A stretch of DNA of 64,000 bases from a virus: the IMG/VR virus record IMGVR_UViG_3300024264_000006, positions 32,001 to 96,000 of that record; one strand, given 5' to 3'. The position numbers and the translations under genes are program-made. The notes under the pieces were generated by a model. That model searched no databases. It worked only from the letters and a program-made list of their open reading frames with translations, and had not been told where the DNA came from. Shown piece after piece: positions 27,591 to 35,355 of this stretch. Positions within the stretch are counted from its first letter, which is position 1. Each line of letters opens with the position of its first letter.

Positions 27591-29149
27591 TAGAATACCC
27601 TTATGTTATATTTACTTTGCCAAAGTTTGGCATCTGCTTCATCATCTACCATTGGTCTCCCACGGATGTTCAAGCTAGTATTTAGTAACATTGGCACTCC
27701 AGTGCGCTCATAATATTCTTCTATAATCTTTCTGAATATAGACTGACAATCTTTACGTACAACCTGTACACGTGCGGTTCCATCTATGTGGGTCACGGAC
27801 TTATAGTCATGTAACGCTTTGGCTGTAAACTGCATGTATTCATTCGTTGGCCCTTCAAAGTACTCATCGACGTACTCTTCAAGAATGGCGGGGGCGAAAG
27901 GTCGGTACTTCTGCCTTCGTTTGATTTCGTTCACTGTATCTTTGACATCATATCGGACATCTGCAATTAGGGATCGATTACCTAATGCACGTGGGCCAAA
28001 CTCTGCACGTCCATTTGCAACACCGCATACTTTGTCTGATAACAAGTAATCTACAACCTCTGTTGGGTTGATCTCACGGTCAATATTAGTCCCCATGTAT
28101 GGAGTCCAGATTAGTTTGTTTCCACCAGTCTCTTCTGCCCAAGTCTTGGCAGCTGCACCAAGAGAAGACCCTGAGTCTGCGGGGGCGAGTGCAATATGCA
28201 CCTCATCAAACAGTTCGTGAAGTAGACTGTTGACCACAACATTCTGTGCACACCCTCCGGAGTAAACTAACTTCGATCCGTGATTACGTGCCTCACGCAT
28301 GATCTCCATGATAGCCTTTTCTGTAAACTTCTGTACAGATGCGGCTGCGTTCTCCGGTGTTGTTGCTTGGCACCTTTTGTGGAGTGCATGAACGAAAGAC
28401 ATTCTCATTTTTTCTCTTGCGGAATACTCTGAGGATATCTTGATACCCTTCATAAGTTCTTGCGCTTCGTCTGTGAATTGGTGATACTGTTCGTAAATCC
28501 AATCTGAGAACTCATCCTCTCCGTAGGAACTTAGTCCCATAACAACATACTCATCCTCAAAGGGACGTAGTTTAAGGGCCTTTGTAACTATACTGTAGAT
28601 AATCCCAATTGACTTAGGATAGTGCCACTCTTTGATTATGTTGAATTTGGAGTCCATGATAACGGAACACTGGACTTCTCCAGCACCATCTATAGACACA
28701 CATACAGTATCGTCCATAGAGTCCCAAGGGCGAGTGTACAGTGCGCCTGCACAATGAGATTCGTGATGTAAATGAAAATCATCGTATACTAGAGATTCAT
28801 GTTGAGGAACCCTGGCAGTATACTTTTCGATATCATCATCAGTTTTCCACTTTGCAAAGTGTCTGCCTTCAGGGTCAAAAAATTGGCTGCGGTTTTCCTC
28901 ATCTCTGACACCACCACTTACGTTGATTCCACCACGCTTACCAAACTTCAAGTCCCAATCTTCATAGAAGGAAATTTTTTCGTCTGATTTTTGGCCGACA
29001 AAATCCCAGAGTTTATCTGGGATCACCGCATCATTTTTTTTCTTTGACCAACGTTCTGCATGTGAAGCATAAGAGACAGTACCATCTTCTTCGATAACAC
29101 TGACTCCCGCATCATGATAGAACTCTGAGAATCCTACATATCGTGTCAT
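27590..29149 (-). CDS. carbamoyltransferase (NodU/CmcH family)
   Basis: HDAG, HHESH, VMGLSSYG, SGGCAQN, EFGPRALGNRS, RPFAPA, NTSLN. Confidence 0.95.
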   Translation of the reverse strand: MTRYVGFSEFYHDAGVSVIEEDGTVSYASHAERWSKKKNDAVIPDKLWDFVGQKSDEKISFYEDWDLKFGKRGGINVSGGVRDEENRSQFFDPEGRHFAKWKTDDDIEKYTARVPQHESLVYDDFHLHHESHCAGALYTRPWDSMDDTVCVSIDGAGEVQCSVIMDSKFNIIKEWHYPKSIGIIYSIVTKALKLRPFEDEYVVMGLSSYGEDEFSDWIYEQYHQFTDEAQELMKGIKISSEYSAREKMRMSFVHALHKRCQATTPENAAASVQKFTEKAIMEIMREARNHGSKLVYSGGCAQNVVVNSLLHELFDEVHIALAPADSGSSLGAAAKTWAEETGGNKLIWTPYMGTNIDREINPTEVVDYLLSDKVCGVANGRAEFGPRALGNRSLIADVRYDVKDTVNEIKRRQKYRPFAPAILEEYVDEYFEGPTNEYMQFTAKALHDYKSVTHIDGTARVQVVRKDCQSIFRKIIEEYYERTGVPMLLNTSLNIRGRPMVDDEADAKLWQSKYNIRVF

Positions 29150-29758
29150 TTAACCCTCTAGATATTCATAGATGTCTTTCCACCCTTTCATGAGTGGCAA
29201 TTCATTTCTATGCATGTTATAACCATGTTCCATTATAACACTATCTAGTCCGGCCTTATCTCCGGCTAATGCGTTTTCTACTTTATCTTCAACCCAGAGG
29301 TATTCAGTATCCTTGTACTCCGCAAGGGCTTCGTCCTTGTCAGCACCAGTGTCTAAGTAGACATACTTTTCAAACGCAGTCTCTCCAAACAACTTTTTAA
29401 GGTTTTGAGTTCTGAGTTCTCCCGCATGGGGATCAAGACTCAAACTAGTAATCGCATGGAATACGTATCCATACTCTTCATGCAGTTTTCTTACATAGTG
29501 GATAGCGTCTCTAAGGGGTGGTAAAAACCCAATAGCTGCACTCTCATTAAACTGTCTTACGAGTCTCTTACTCGCTTCTTTCTCAATACCATATGCTTTG
29601 TGGACAGTATAAACGTCCTCAACTTTCTTATGTCCATGCTGTTCCATCCAAATGTTAAACGCATAACCCCAGTTAAGGAGTACACCGTCAACATCTGTCA
29701 GAATTACTTTTTCGTAATCTGCTTTGCTCATTTTCCTTGTTTCCATAATAACTCCCAC
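29150..29758 (-). CDS. HAD-family 5'-(deoxy)nucleotidase
   Basis: DVDGVL, WVEDK, HGYN. Confidence 0.8.
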   Translation of the reverse strand: MGVIMETRKMSKADYEKVILTDVDGVLLNWGYAFNIWMEQHGHKKVEDVYTVHKAYGIEKEASKRLVRQFNESAAIGFLPPLRDAIHYVRKLHEEYGYVFHAITSLSLDPHAGELRTQNLKKLFGETAFEKYVYLDTGADKDEALAEYKDTEYLWVEDKVENALAGDKAGLDSVIMEHGYNMHRNELPLMKGWKDIYEYLEG

Positions 29759-29768
29759 TTACTAATAT

Positions 29769-29797
29769 ATTATAGTGCATATCGGGAGTTTTGGCAA
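29769..29797 (-). promoter_or_regulatory. sigma70-like early promoter
   Basis: AAAACGC-TTGCCA-N17-TATAAT. Confidence 0.75.
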
Positions 29798-29802
29798 GCG
29801 TT

Positions 29803-30654
29803 TTATTTAAATATTTTGAACTTCTTTTCGTTGTAATGGTTGATCATATCGACCTTCCATTCACCGCCAGTGTAGTGACACATCTTAGCCTTTTCAAAGA
29901 ATTCTTCTTCAGTCGCATAGTGCGGGGAATCATTCCATGTCTGGTCTAGGATTAGATTGAGGTCAAAGTCATGTTTGACAAACTGACCTGATAGGTAGGG
30001 TTGATCGTTCATTAGGGACATATGTATCTGAGGCCCTTCAAAGTACCATTCTTTCCAATCATCAAACACCTTACGTGCACGTAGGCGAGCCTGTTTAGAC
30101 CAAACCACTACTCCAGTATTCATTATCTGAATTTTACTTGGTCGGTTTGGATGCATAGCGGGTGTGATGGGTATGCCGTGATGTTGGAACTTTCTGACTT
30201 GATCGTTGTAGGTACTCTCTTTGTAGTCCCAACCATTATATCCACCACCACTGGCAGTCCGGATATCACTTTCTAGAATACCTGTCACATCCCCCTCGTG
30301 GATATCAAAGATACTCTCATCGGTGTTTACTACAATATCAGTATCCGCAAAGAACACGTTGTCGTATTCATCAAAGATAGGATCGTAGATTAACCGTAGA
30401 CATTCAAAGAGACATACTGTGGTGTCCCTCTCATACTCATCTTTGGTATACACCGCTTGGTCTGAATACAAGTAATCAGCACCAATCTTATCGGCATATA
30501 TCTCAAACGATTTACGAGAGATGTTAGCACATTCACTATAAATCTTAGAACGTGATTGTCCTAAGATAGGCCCTCTCTGTTCATCCAGATCGGGGTTGAG
30601 GATCATGTACTGAAATATCAAGTTTTTCACTGATCCTTCTTTTTCCTTCGACAT
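29803..30654 (-). CDS. glycosyltransferase (GT-A)
   Basis: FADTDI, NTGVV, NDQPYL, CHYTG. Confidence 0.75.
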   Translation of the reverse strand: MSKEKEGSVKNLIFQYMILNPDLDEQRGPILGQSRSKIYSECANISRKSFEIYADKIGADYLYSDQAVYTKDEYERDTTVCLFECLRLIYDPIFDEYDNVFFADTDIVVNTDESIFDIHEGDVTGILESDIRTASGGGYNGWDYKESTYNDQVRKFQHHGIPITPAMHPNRPSKIQIMNTGVVVWSKQARLRARKVFDDWKEWYFEGPQIHMSLMNDQPYLSGQFVKHDFDLNLILDQTWNDSPHYATEEEFFEKAKMCHYTGGEWKVDMINHYNEKKFKIFK

Positions 30655-30767
30655 TATGTATTTTCCTTACGTATCCTTCTTTTGAATACTGTTTATGTTT
30701 ATTCCGCTTTTTATTGCGGGAATCATATCGGCTGTATTTAGCCATGGCCGGTCAGACCCTCTTGCTG

Positions 30768-30905
30768 CTAAGAAACTGTGTAATTAATAATGGATGTTGT
30801 ACTAAACATAACAAACATTGCGGCTGCAATTAAAAAAACTGGGTAGACGCAATTTGCCAATAATGGATTTTTTTCTATCCATTTTTCAAAATCTTTTTCG
30901 TTCAC
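30768..30905 (-). CDS. small membrane protein overlapping the endolysin stop
   Basis: GTG-start 45-aa ORF MNEKDFEKWIEKNPLLANCVYPVFLIAAAMFVMFSTTSIINYTVS. Confidence 0.45.
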   Translation of the reverse strand: MNEKDFEKWIEKNPLLANCVYPVFLIAAAMFVMFSTTSIINYTVS

Positions 30906-31360
30906 ACCTGTTCCATTCGGGACATCAATCTTTCTGCCCTGTTTGTGACCTGTCTATACCAACGACTATCACGTCCTTCCACTGCAGCTGTCTTCCAATC
31001 GCCTTCTGTCACGGCTGCATTGAATTTTTTAAAACCACTGAGACGTGTGCGTCCCATGTTGAACATCATATTAACCAAGACTTGCTGGACTTCTGAGGGT
31101 AACTCACCAAACTCCCGTTCTCCGTATAGAGCGAAACATTCTGAGATGGCAATATCAAGGTCTCCATCGAAACAACTCCTAACTCTTTCTTCACTGACTG
31201 CTGTACCAATTGGCCTTCCGTGTTCCTCGTCACTTTCTTTGATAAGGTGACCGACTCCAAAGGTAGCGTACCCAAGATGGTCGTTATAGATGACATATTC
31301 TACTCCTTCGTCGATTTTTAATTGTTCAAATATCGCTTCTTTTGTTTGTTCAGTTATCAT
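30902..31360 (-). CDS. e: endolysin (T4 lysozyme-like, GH24)
   Basis: DEG....Y.D.LGYAT.GVGHLI, NM.FNMG, SRWY.Q..NRA.R. Confidence 0.9.
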   Translation of the reverse strand: MITEQTKEAIFEQLKIDEGVEYVIYNDHLGYATFGVGHLIKESDEEHGRPIGTAVSEERVRSCFDGDLDIAISECFALYGEREFGELPSEVQQVLVNMMFNMGRTRLSGFKKFNAAVTEGDWKTAAVEGRDSRWYRQVTNRAERLMSRMEQV

Positions 31361-32054
31361 TTGTTACTCCTAACATTTCTTTCGTCATGATGTAGTCACG
31401 TACAAAATCAGACCGTACAATGTCTGCCCACGTGAAGTTCACCGTTGTGAAGTTATTTAGGTGATCTATTACGTTAAGAAATTTCGCAAGACCACTTTTA
31501 TCATTGGACTTGACAAAATCACTCTGGTAATAATCACCACAAAAAATAATCCTACAGTTCTGACCCACTCGTGTAATTATCGAATCCAACTCATGGAATG
31601 TCAAGTTTTGCATTTCGTCTACAACTAACACGCAGTCGGTAAACGTAAGTCCACGTAGAAAAGATGTGGATGAGAATTCAATGAGGTTTTGTTTGGTCAA
31701 CTTATCATACGCTAGCGTATCGTCAAACAGTTCAGAACAGATTGCTCGATAGGGGCCTGTATATGCATCTACTTTCTCTTCGATACTGCCAGGCAGAAAC
31801 CCTATTTCACGGGTAGGTACAATAGAACGAACTACCACCACCCTTTCGATGACGGGGTTACCTTTGTCTAACGCTTGTTCTAACGCCAAGTATAAAGCGG
31901 AGAAGGTTTTACCCGTACCCGCACTTCCAGCCATTACAATATGATTCCCTTCATCCCATGACTTATACACCGTCTCTTGTGCGGCGGTGATCGGTTCGAA
32001 TGTTAGGAGATCATCAATGCGTAGTTTTTGAGGCATTGTTGATTGTGGTCTCAT
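31350..32054 (-). CDS. phoH: PhoH-family ATPase
   Basis: GSAGTGKT, GFLPG, RGLTF, DEMQN, GDYYQSD, DIVRS. Confidence 0.95.
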   Translation of the reverse strand: MRPQSTMPQKLRIDDLLTFEPITAAQETVYKSWDEGNHIVMAGSAGTGKTFSALYLALEQALDKGNPVIERVVVVRSIVPTREIGFLPGSIEEKVDAYTGPYRAICSELFDDTLAYDKLTKQNLIEFSSTSFLRGLTFTDCVLVVDEMQNLTFHELDSIITRVGQNCRIIFCGDYYQSDFVKSNDKSGLAKFLNVIDHLNNFTTVNFTWADIVRSDFVRDYIMTKEMLGVTNDN

Positions 32055-32287
32055 GTGTTTATTGTGTTCCCTCTACCTGAGCCTTTTTTCATGCGGTCAA
32101 GATGGTTTTCCCAGTCTTTACCAGCGACACGCATTGTGGATTTTGTTCCGGATATGGTTGCAGGCGCAGAGAGATGCACCTGTTTTAGATTTGGGTTATC
32201 AGTTTTATACTGATCTAAATCGGAAATCCGGAGAGACACTTCTGTAATCTCTCCGGATTCCTTGTCTTTAAAATTGTAAAATGGCAT
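32051..32287 (-). CDS. FmdB-like small protein
   Basis: MPFYNFKD..SGE...; common upstream neighbour of phoH in T4-like phages. Confidence 0.6.
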   Translation of the reverse strand: MPFYNFKDKESGEITEVSLRISDLDQYKTDNPNLKQVHLSAPATISGTKSTMRVAGKDWENHLDRMKKGSGRGNTINT

Positions 32288-32349
32288 TTATATACTTCAC
32301 TCTTAATCGCAAAATCTCACCTACGACAACCGTGTTGGTTGAAGAGATA

Positions 32350-32363
32350 GGATCACCCCCTTA
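32350..32363 (-). promoter_or_regulatory. 14-nt complement of the 16S rRNA 3' end (extended Shine-Dalgarno)
   Basis: mRNA TAAGGGGGTGATCC versus the perfect complement TAAGGAGGTGATCC (one G.U wobble). Confidence 0.65.
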
Positions 32364-32513
32364 GTTCAAAGTTTGAATAGTCTGGTTAAGAAAGTCTCTC
32401 TTCTCCATGAGTTTATGAGCTTTACTTTCCTTTCCGTTCTTCTTAAGTCTCGTAATGTAATAATTAATTTCACGAGAATCTTTTTTTAACCGTTCTATTT
32501 GGGTTGCTGTCAT
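32361..32513 (-). CDS. small basic helical protein (50 aa, not in ORF track)
   Basis: MTATQIERLKKDSREINYYITRLKKNGKESKAHKLMEKRDFLNQTIQTLN with AAGGAG RBS. Confidence 0.65.
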   Translation of the reverse strand: MTATQIERLKKDSREINYYITRLKKNGKESKAHKLMEKRDFLNQTIQTLN

Positions 32514-32537
32514 CCGCACTCCTTGTTAGTTAATGGA

Positions 32538-32960
32538 TTATTTTTTGATTAAGTTTGGAAATGCCTCCTTTACTAGTTTTTTAGTTAAGCCTTTGATGGG
32601 TGATTTTTTATTCACCATCGCCATTACCAAGAGTGCGTCATCAGCGTGAACACTCTCAAGTAAACCAATGAAAGAATTTTCTCGTTTGTATGGTGGCCAA
32701 TCGTCCGCTGGGCCACCTTTGACAAAGTAGCCGAAATCTCTATGTTTTTTAAGAAGCGTGGAAGGGATTGACTCCGGACGATTCGGGGTGTAGGGTGGTT
32801 TGCCTTCTGGGAGATTGAACTCCAGTGTATCATCAAACATTCCTCTAAGAATATCCCTTAGAGCAGGGATATTATTCTGTTTCAAAATCTCAATACGTTT
32901 TGATCGAGACTTTTCTAATTCGAATTTATCGAAAATTTCATAAACTTGAATGGGTTGCAT
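32538..32960 (-). CDS. conserved T4-like hypothetical protein
   Basis: LPEG.PPY..N...KRE..FI.LLE.VH..DA. Confidence 0.7.
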   Translation of the reverse strand: MQPIQVYEIFDKFELEKSRSKRIEILKQNNIPALRDILRGMFDDTLEFNLPEGKPPYTPNRPESIPSTLLKKHRDFGYFVKGGPADDWPPYKRENSFIGLLESVHADDALLVMAMVNKKSPIKGLTKKLVKEAFPNLIKK

Positions 32961-32977
32961 TTTCTAACCTCACTATA

Positions 32978-33214
32978 CTATATAGTCTTTTTGACCCTCT
33001 CACTTGAAACTAAGTAAGAGAATTCATCAATATCTGAGACAATTTCGTTATAATAACTGTCACAAACTTCCTTAGCATATGCTGCTTCAAACTCAGGCCT
33101 ACCCTGAGAAATGAAACTCTCATATACCTTTTCCTTACAGATATGTAGGGGTTCGTTAAAGTTCTCTTCAACGGCCGTCTGCACATCCAAAACCAAAGCA
33201 CCCATCTTGCTCAT
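32978..33214 (-). CDS. hypothetical protein
   Basis: ORF track, coupled. Confidence 0.55.
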   Translation of the reverse strand: MSKMGALVLDVQTAVEENFNEPLHICKEKVYESFISQGRPEFEAAYAKEVCDSYYNEIVSDIDEFSYLVSSERVKKTI

Positions 33215-33576
33215 TACGCTACCTCGCTATATGCTGGTTCAACACCAGATTCAACAATTTGTTCAACTATATCTGAAGCGTTATAGTCAAACCCACCAAT
33301 GTTCCACTGACACTCTTCAACGGGAATGCACCCATATTTCCAAGCGTAGATAGAGACCTGTTCATAAGACCAGTCATCTGCATCCTCAGCAAAATCATCT
33401 AAAACTTTGACGTTCAGAACCCACTCGCAAGAAACTTTTGCATAAGGATCAGCATCAGAATAAGATGGTGGCCCAAACAGGGCGACTAAATCGTCATACT
33501 TTGCCGTAATGTGGCCCTTCAAAGATGACCCGCTCTTGCTGAACCAGTCATAAACGTCATACTCAATTATTTTCAT
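33214..33576 (-). CDS. hypothetical protein
   Basis: SLKG.I...Y..LV..FG.P...KV..EW, WNIGG; GAGAGAGGT RBS. Confidence 0.65.
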   Translation of the reverse strand: MKIIEYDVYDWFSKSGSSLKGHITAKYDDLVALFGPPSYSDADPYAKVSCEWVLNVKVLDDFAEDADDWSYEQVSIYAWKYGCIPVEECQWNIGGFDYNASDIVEQIVESGVEPAYSEVA

Positions 33577-33605
33577 AAAATACCTCTCTCATAATCAATA
33601 CAAGT

Positions 33606-33634
33606 ATTATACACTATTATACAACACTTGGCAA
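33606..33634 (-). promoter_or_regulatory. sigma70-like early promoter
   Basis: TTGCCA-N17-TATAAT. Confidence 0.75.
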
Positions 33635-33636
33635 AT

Positions 33637-33717
33637 AAAAAAAAATGGGTAGGGCGACAGGGTTAGCATGTCCCGAGCTTCCGGTTGAGTCCCCATCTTT
33701 CGACAGGGACATACCCA
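33637..33717 (-). ncRNA. structured RNA or complex terminator immediately 3' of tRNA-Arg
   Basis: Closing stem UGGGUA/UACCCA, internal GUCCCUGUC-GAAA-GAUGGGGAC hairpin, U9 tail. Confidence 0.45.
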
Positions 33718-33722
33718 AAAAT

Positions 33723-33799
33723 TGGCCCGCTAGAAGAGATTCGAACTCCTGACCCTTGGTTTCGTAGACCAATGCTCTATCCATCTGAGCTACTAGCGG
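33723..33799 (-). tRNA. tRNA-Arg (ACG)
   Basis: Acceptor CCGCTAG/CTAGCGG plus G-CCA; anticodon arm TTGGT-CTACGAA-ACCAA; T-loop TTCGAAT. Confidence 0.95.
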
Positions 33800-33959
33800 G
33801 TGCTTCATTAGTTACTGAACTGTTCAGTCCAAGCGATAAAAACTTCCTTCGCTTCTTTCTTGTCCAGATCGAATGATTCCATCAAAACACGTGGAGCTGC
33901 GAACATGTTGATCTGTCCGGACTCACGTAGTTCATTCAAAAATTCAAAGTAGAATTCCA

Positions 33960-34190
33960 TTACTTGGCTCCCATAACTTTGTTATTCTTGAAGTAGACAC
34001 CAACAGGCGCTGTCAACTTGCCGATAATGGCCCAGTCTTCTGCCTTAAGAGCAGCGACATAGTTACCACCAGCGTCAGCGAACTTCACTCCAAGTTCGTT
34101 ATAGTCGTTGAGGAATTCAACCGCCTCAATTGCAGTCGCAAATTCTTTTGTATCTTTTGCGTTAGATATTTTTGGTTTTGCTATAAACAT
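33960..34190 (-). CDS. hypothetical protein
   Basis: GAGAGAGGT RBS before ATG 34190. Confidence 0.55.
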   Translation of the reverse strand: MFIAKPKISNAKDTKEFATAIEAVEFLNDYNELGVKFADAGGNYVAALKAEDWAIIGKLTAPVGVYFKNNKVMGAK

Positions 34191-34204
34191 ATTCACCTCT
34201 CTCA

Positions 34205-34558
34205 TTAAACCGCATACACATCGATGTCAACGTAGTGCTTCCTGTGGAAGTAGTCAGTCATCGCATCGTCGTTGTTGAAGTAGTTCTCACCTTTCAAGGC
34301 AGTCATCAACTTCTCAAGCATCTCAACCACAACAGGTTGATCAGCATAGTGTTCTTGGAACCAGTAAGGGTTAATGCTCTTACCCCACTTCGCTTCGAAT
34401 TCATCCTTCATAGTGAACATCCCAGCAACGTCCTTCAACTTAAGAACGATAGTGCTGTGGTTCCTGATACGCAAAGTACCTTTCTGTCCGTATTCTTTCA
34501 GGATTTTCTTGACAACCGGAGCGATTGCCTTTTTCTCTTCTTGATTTATGTAAGCCAT
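34205..34558 (-). CDS. hypothetical protein
   Basis: MAYINQE.KK...INPYW...DAMTDYFH motif common in phages. Confidence 0.65.
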   Translation of the reverse strand: MAYINQEEKKAIAPVVKKILKEYGQKGTLRIRNHSTIVLKLKDVAGMFTMKDEFEAKWGKSINPYWFQEHYADQPVVVEMLEKLMTALKGENYFNNDDAMTDYFHRKHYVDIDVYAV

Positions 34559-34609
34559 AATGTATTCTCTCTCAATTTTTGGAAGGGACTATTCCCAACC
34601 AACATGTAT

Positions 34610-34684
34610 ATAATACCACAACTGGCGGCAATGGCAACACTTTTTTTGAAAAAAAGCGCACTTTTTTTAGAACTTTTTGTTCTT
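34610..34684 (-). promoter_or_regulatory. early promoter with upstream palindromic motif
   Basis: TTGCCA-N16-TATTAT; AAGAACAAAAAGTTCTAA upstream. Confidence 0.6.
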
Positions 34685-34930
34685 AAAATCATCCTTCTTA
34701 GGTCTAAATTGTGGTGGTAATTCGTTGATCCACAGAGTGTCAAACTGATCACGGTTAGACCACATACCCCATAACATGAGTCCAACACCCACTAGTAACC
34801 AGATAATCGATCCTACGAGACTAGGCGGGTCGCCAGCGATACAATCTGCAGCTGCGTAACACTCATCCCAAAAGTCTTGATTACCTACCGTTCCCAGTAC
34901 AATAAAGAATCCAACAAAAATTCTGATCAT
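34667..34930 (-). CDS. small two-TM membrane protein
   Basis: Two hydrophobic segments. Confidence 0.55.
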   Translation of the reverse strand: MIRIFVGFFIVLGTVGNQDFWDECYAAADCIAGDPPSLVGSIIWLLVGVGLMLWGMWSNRDQFDTLWINELPPQFRPKKDDFKNKKF

Positions 34931-35127
34931 TTCGGCACCTCGTCTATGTGATAGACCCTGAAGGTATCAAAGTCTTGGTATTGTGGTTGTTGGAGTAGTT
35001 CCTTACCAGCATCTACAAATTCGGAAGTTTTGTACTTCTTCTTGATAATCTTCTCATAGTACGGTGTAATCGATATCAGTGCGATGCACCACTCTTTCTT
35101 CTCTCTAGGCACAGTTCCACTCCACAA
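34927..35127 (-). CDS. hypothetical protein
   Basis: ORF track. Confidence 0.45.
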   Translation of the reverse strand: MWSGTVPREKKEWCIALISITPYYEKIIKKKYKTSEFVDAGKELLQQPQYQDFDTFRVYHIDEVPK

Positions 35128-35289
35128 TTACGTAGTTGTTGATTGCCCAACATTCTGCATACTCAACAGCTTCTTCTTCGCTAGCGAAACATTCCTCGTA
35201 GAAAATTTCTCCTTCGATCTCCAAATAATAGACTAAGTCTTTCACATCTTTACTCCATGACTCCTTTGTCATAACCAATTTCAATAAAC

Positions 35290-35355
35290 ATTATAGTCGA
35301 TTCTTGTTGTAAAGGCAAGCGTTTTTTAAACTTTTTCTTATACTTTTTTGTTATA
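35290..35355 (-). promoter_or_regulatory. early promoter with upstream motif
   Basis: AAAAACGC-TTGCCT-N17-TATAAT; TATAACAAAAAAGTATAA upstream. Confidence 0.7.

Noticed and set aside
33646-33717. Second tRNA (ends in CCA)
   Set aside because: No 7-bp acceptor stem with a free CCA, no TTC T-loop and no canonical D-arm.
33637-33722. HDV-like (theta) ribozyme after the tRNA
   Set aside because: A G.U-started P1 and a P2-like pseudoknot can be drawn, but only AA separates P1 from P2, so there is no P1.1, P4 or J4/2 with the catalytic C.
33617-33876. 63-aa ORFs over the tRNA region
   Set aside because: They overlap the tRNA-Arg and the structured RNA, so they are spurious.
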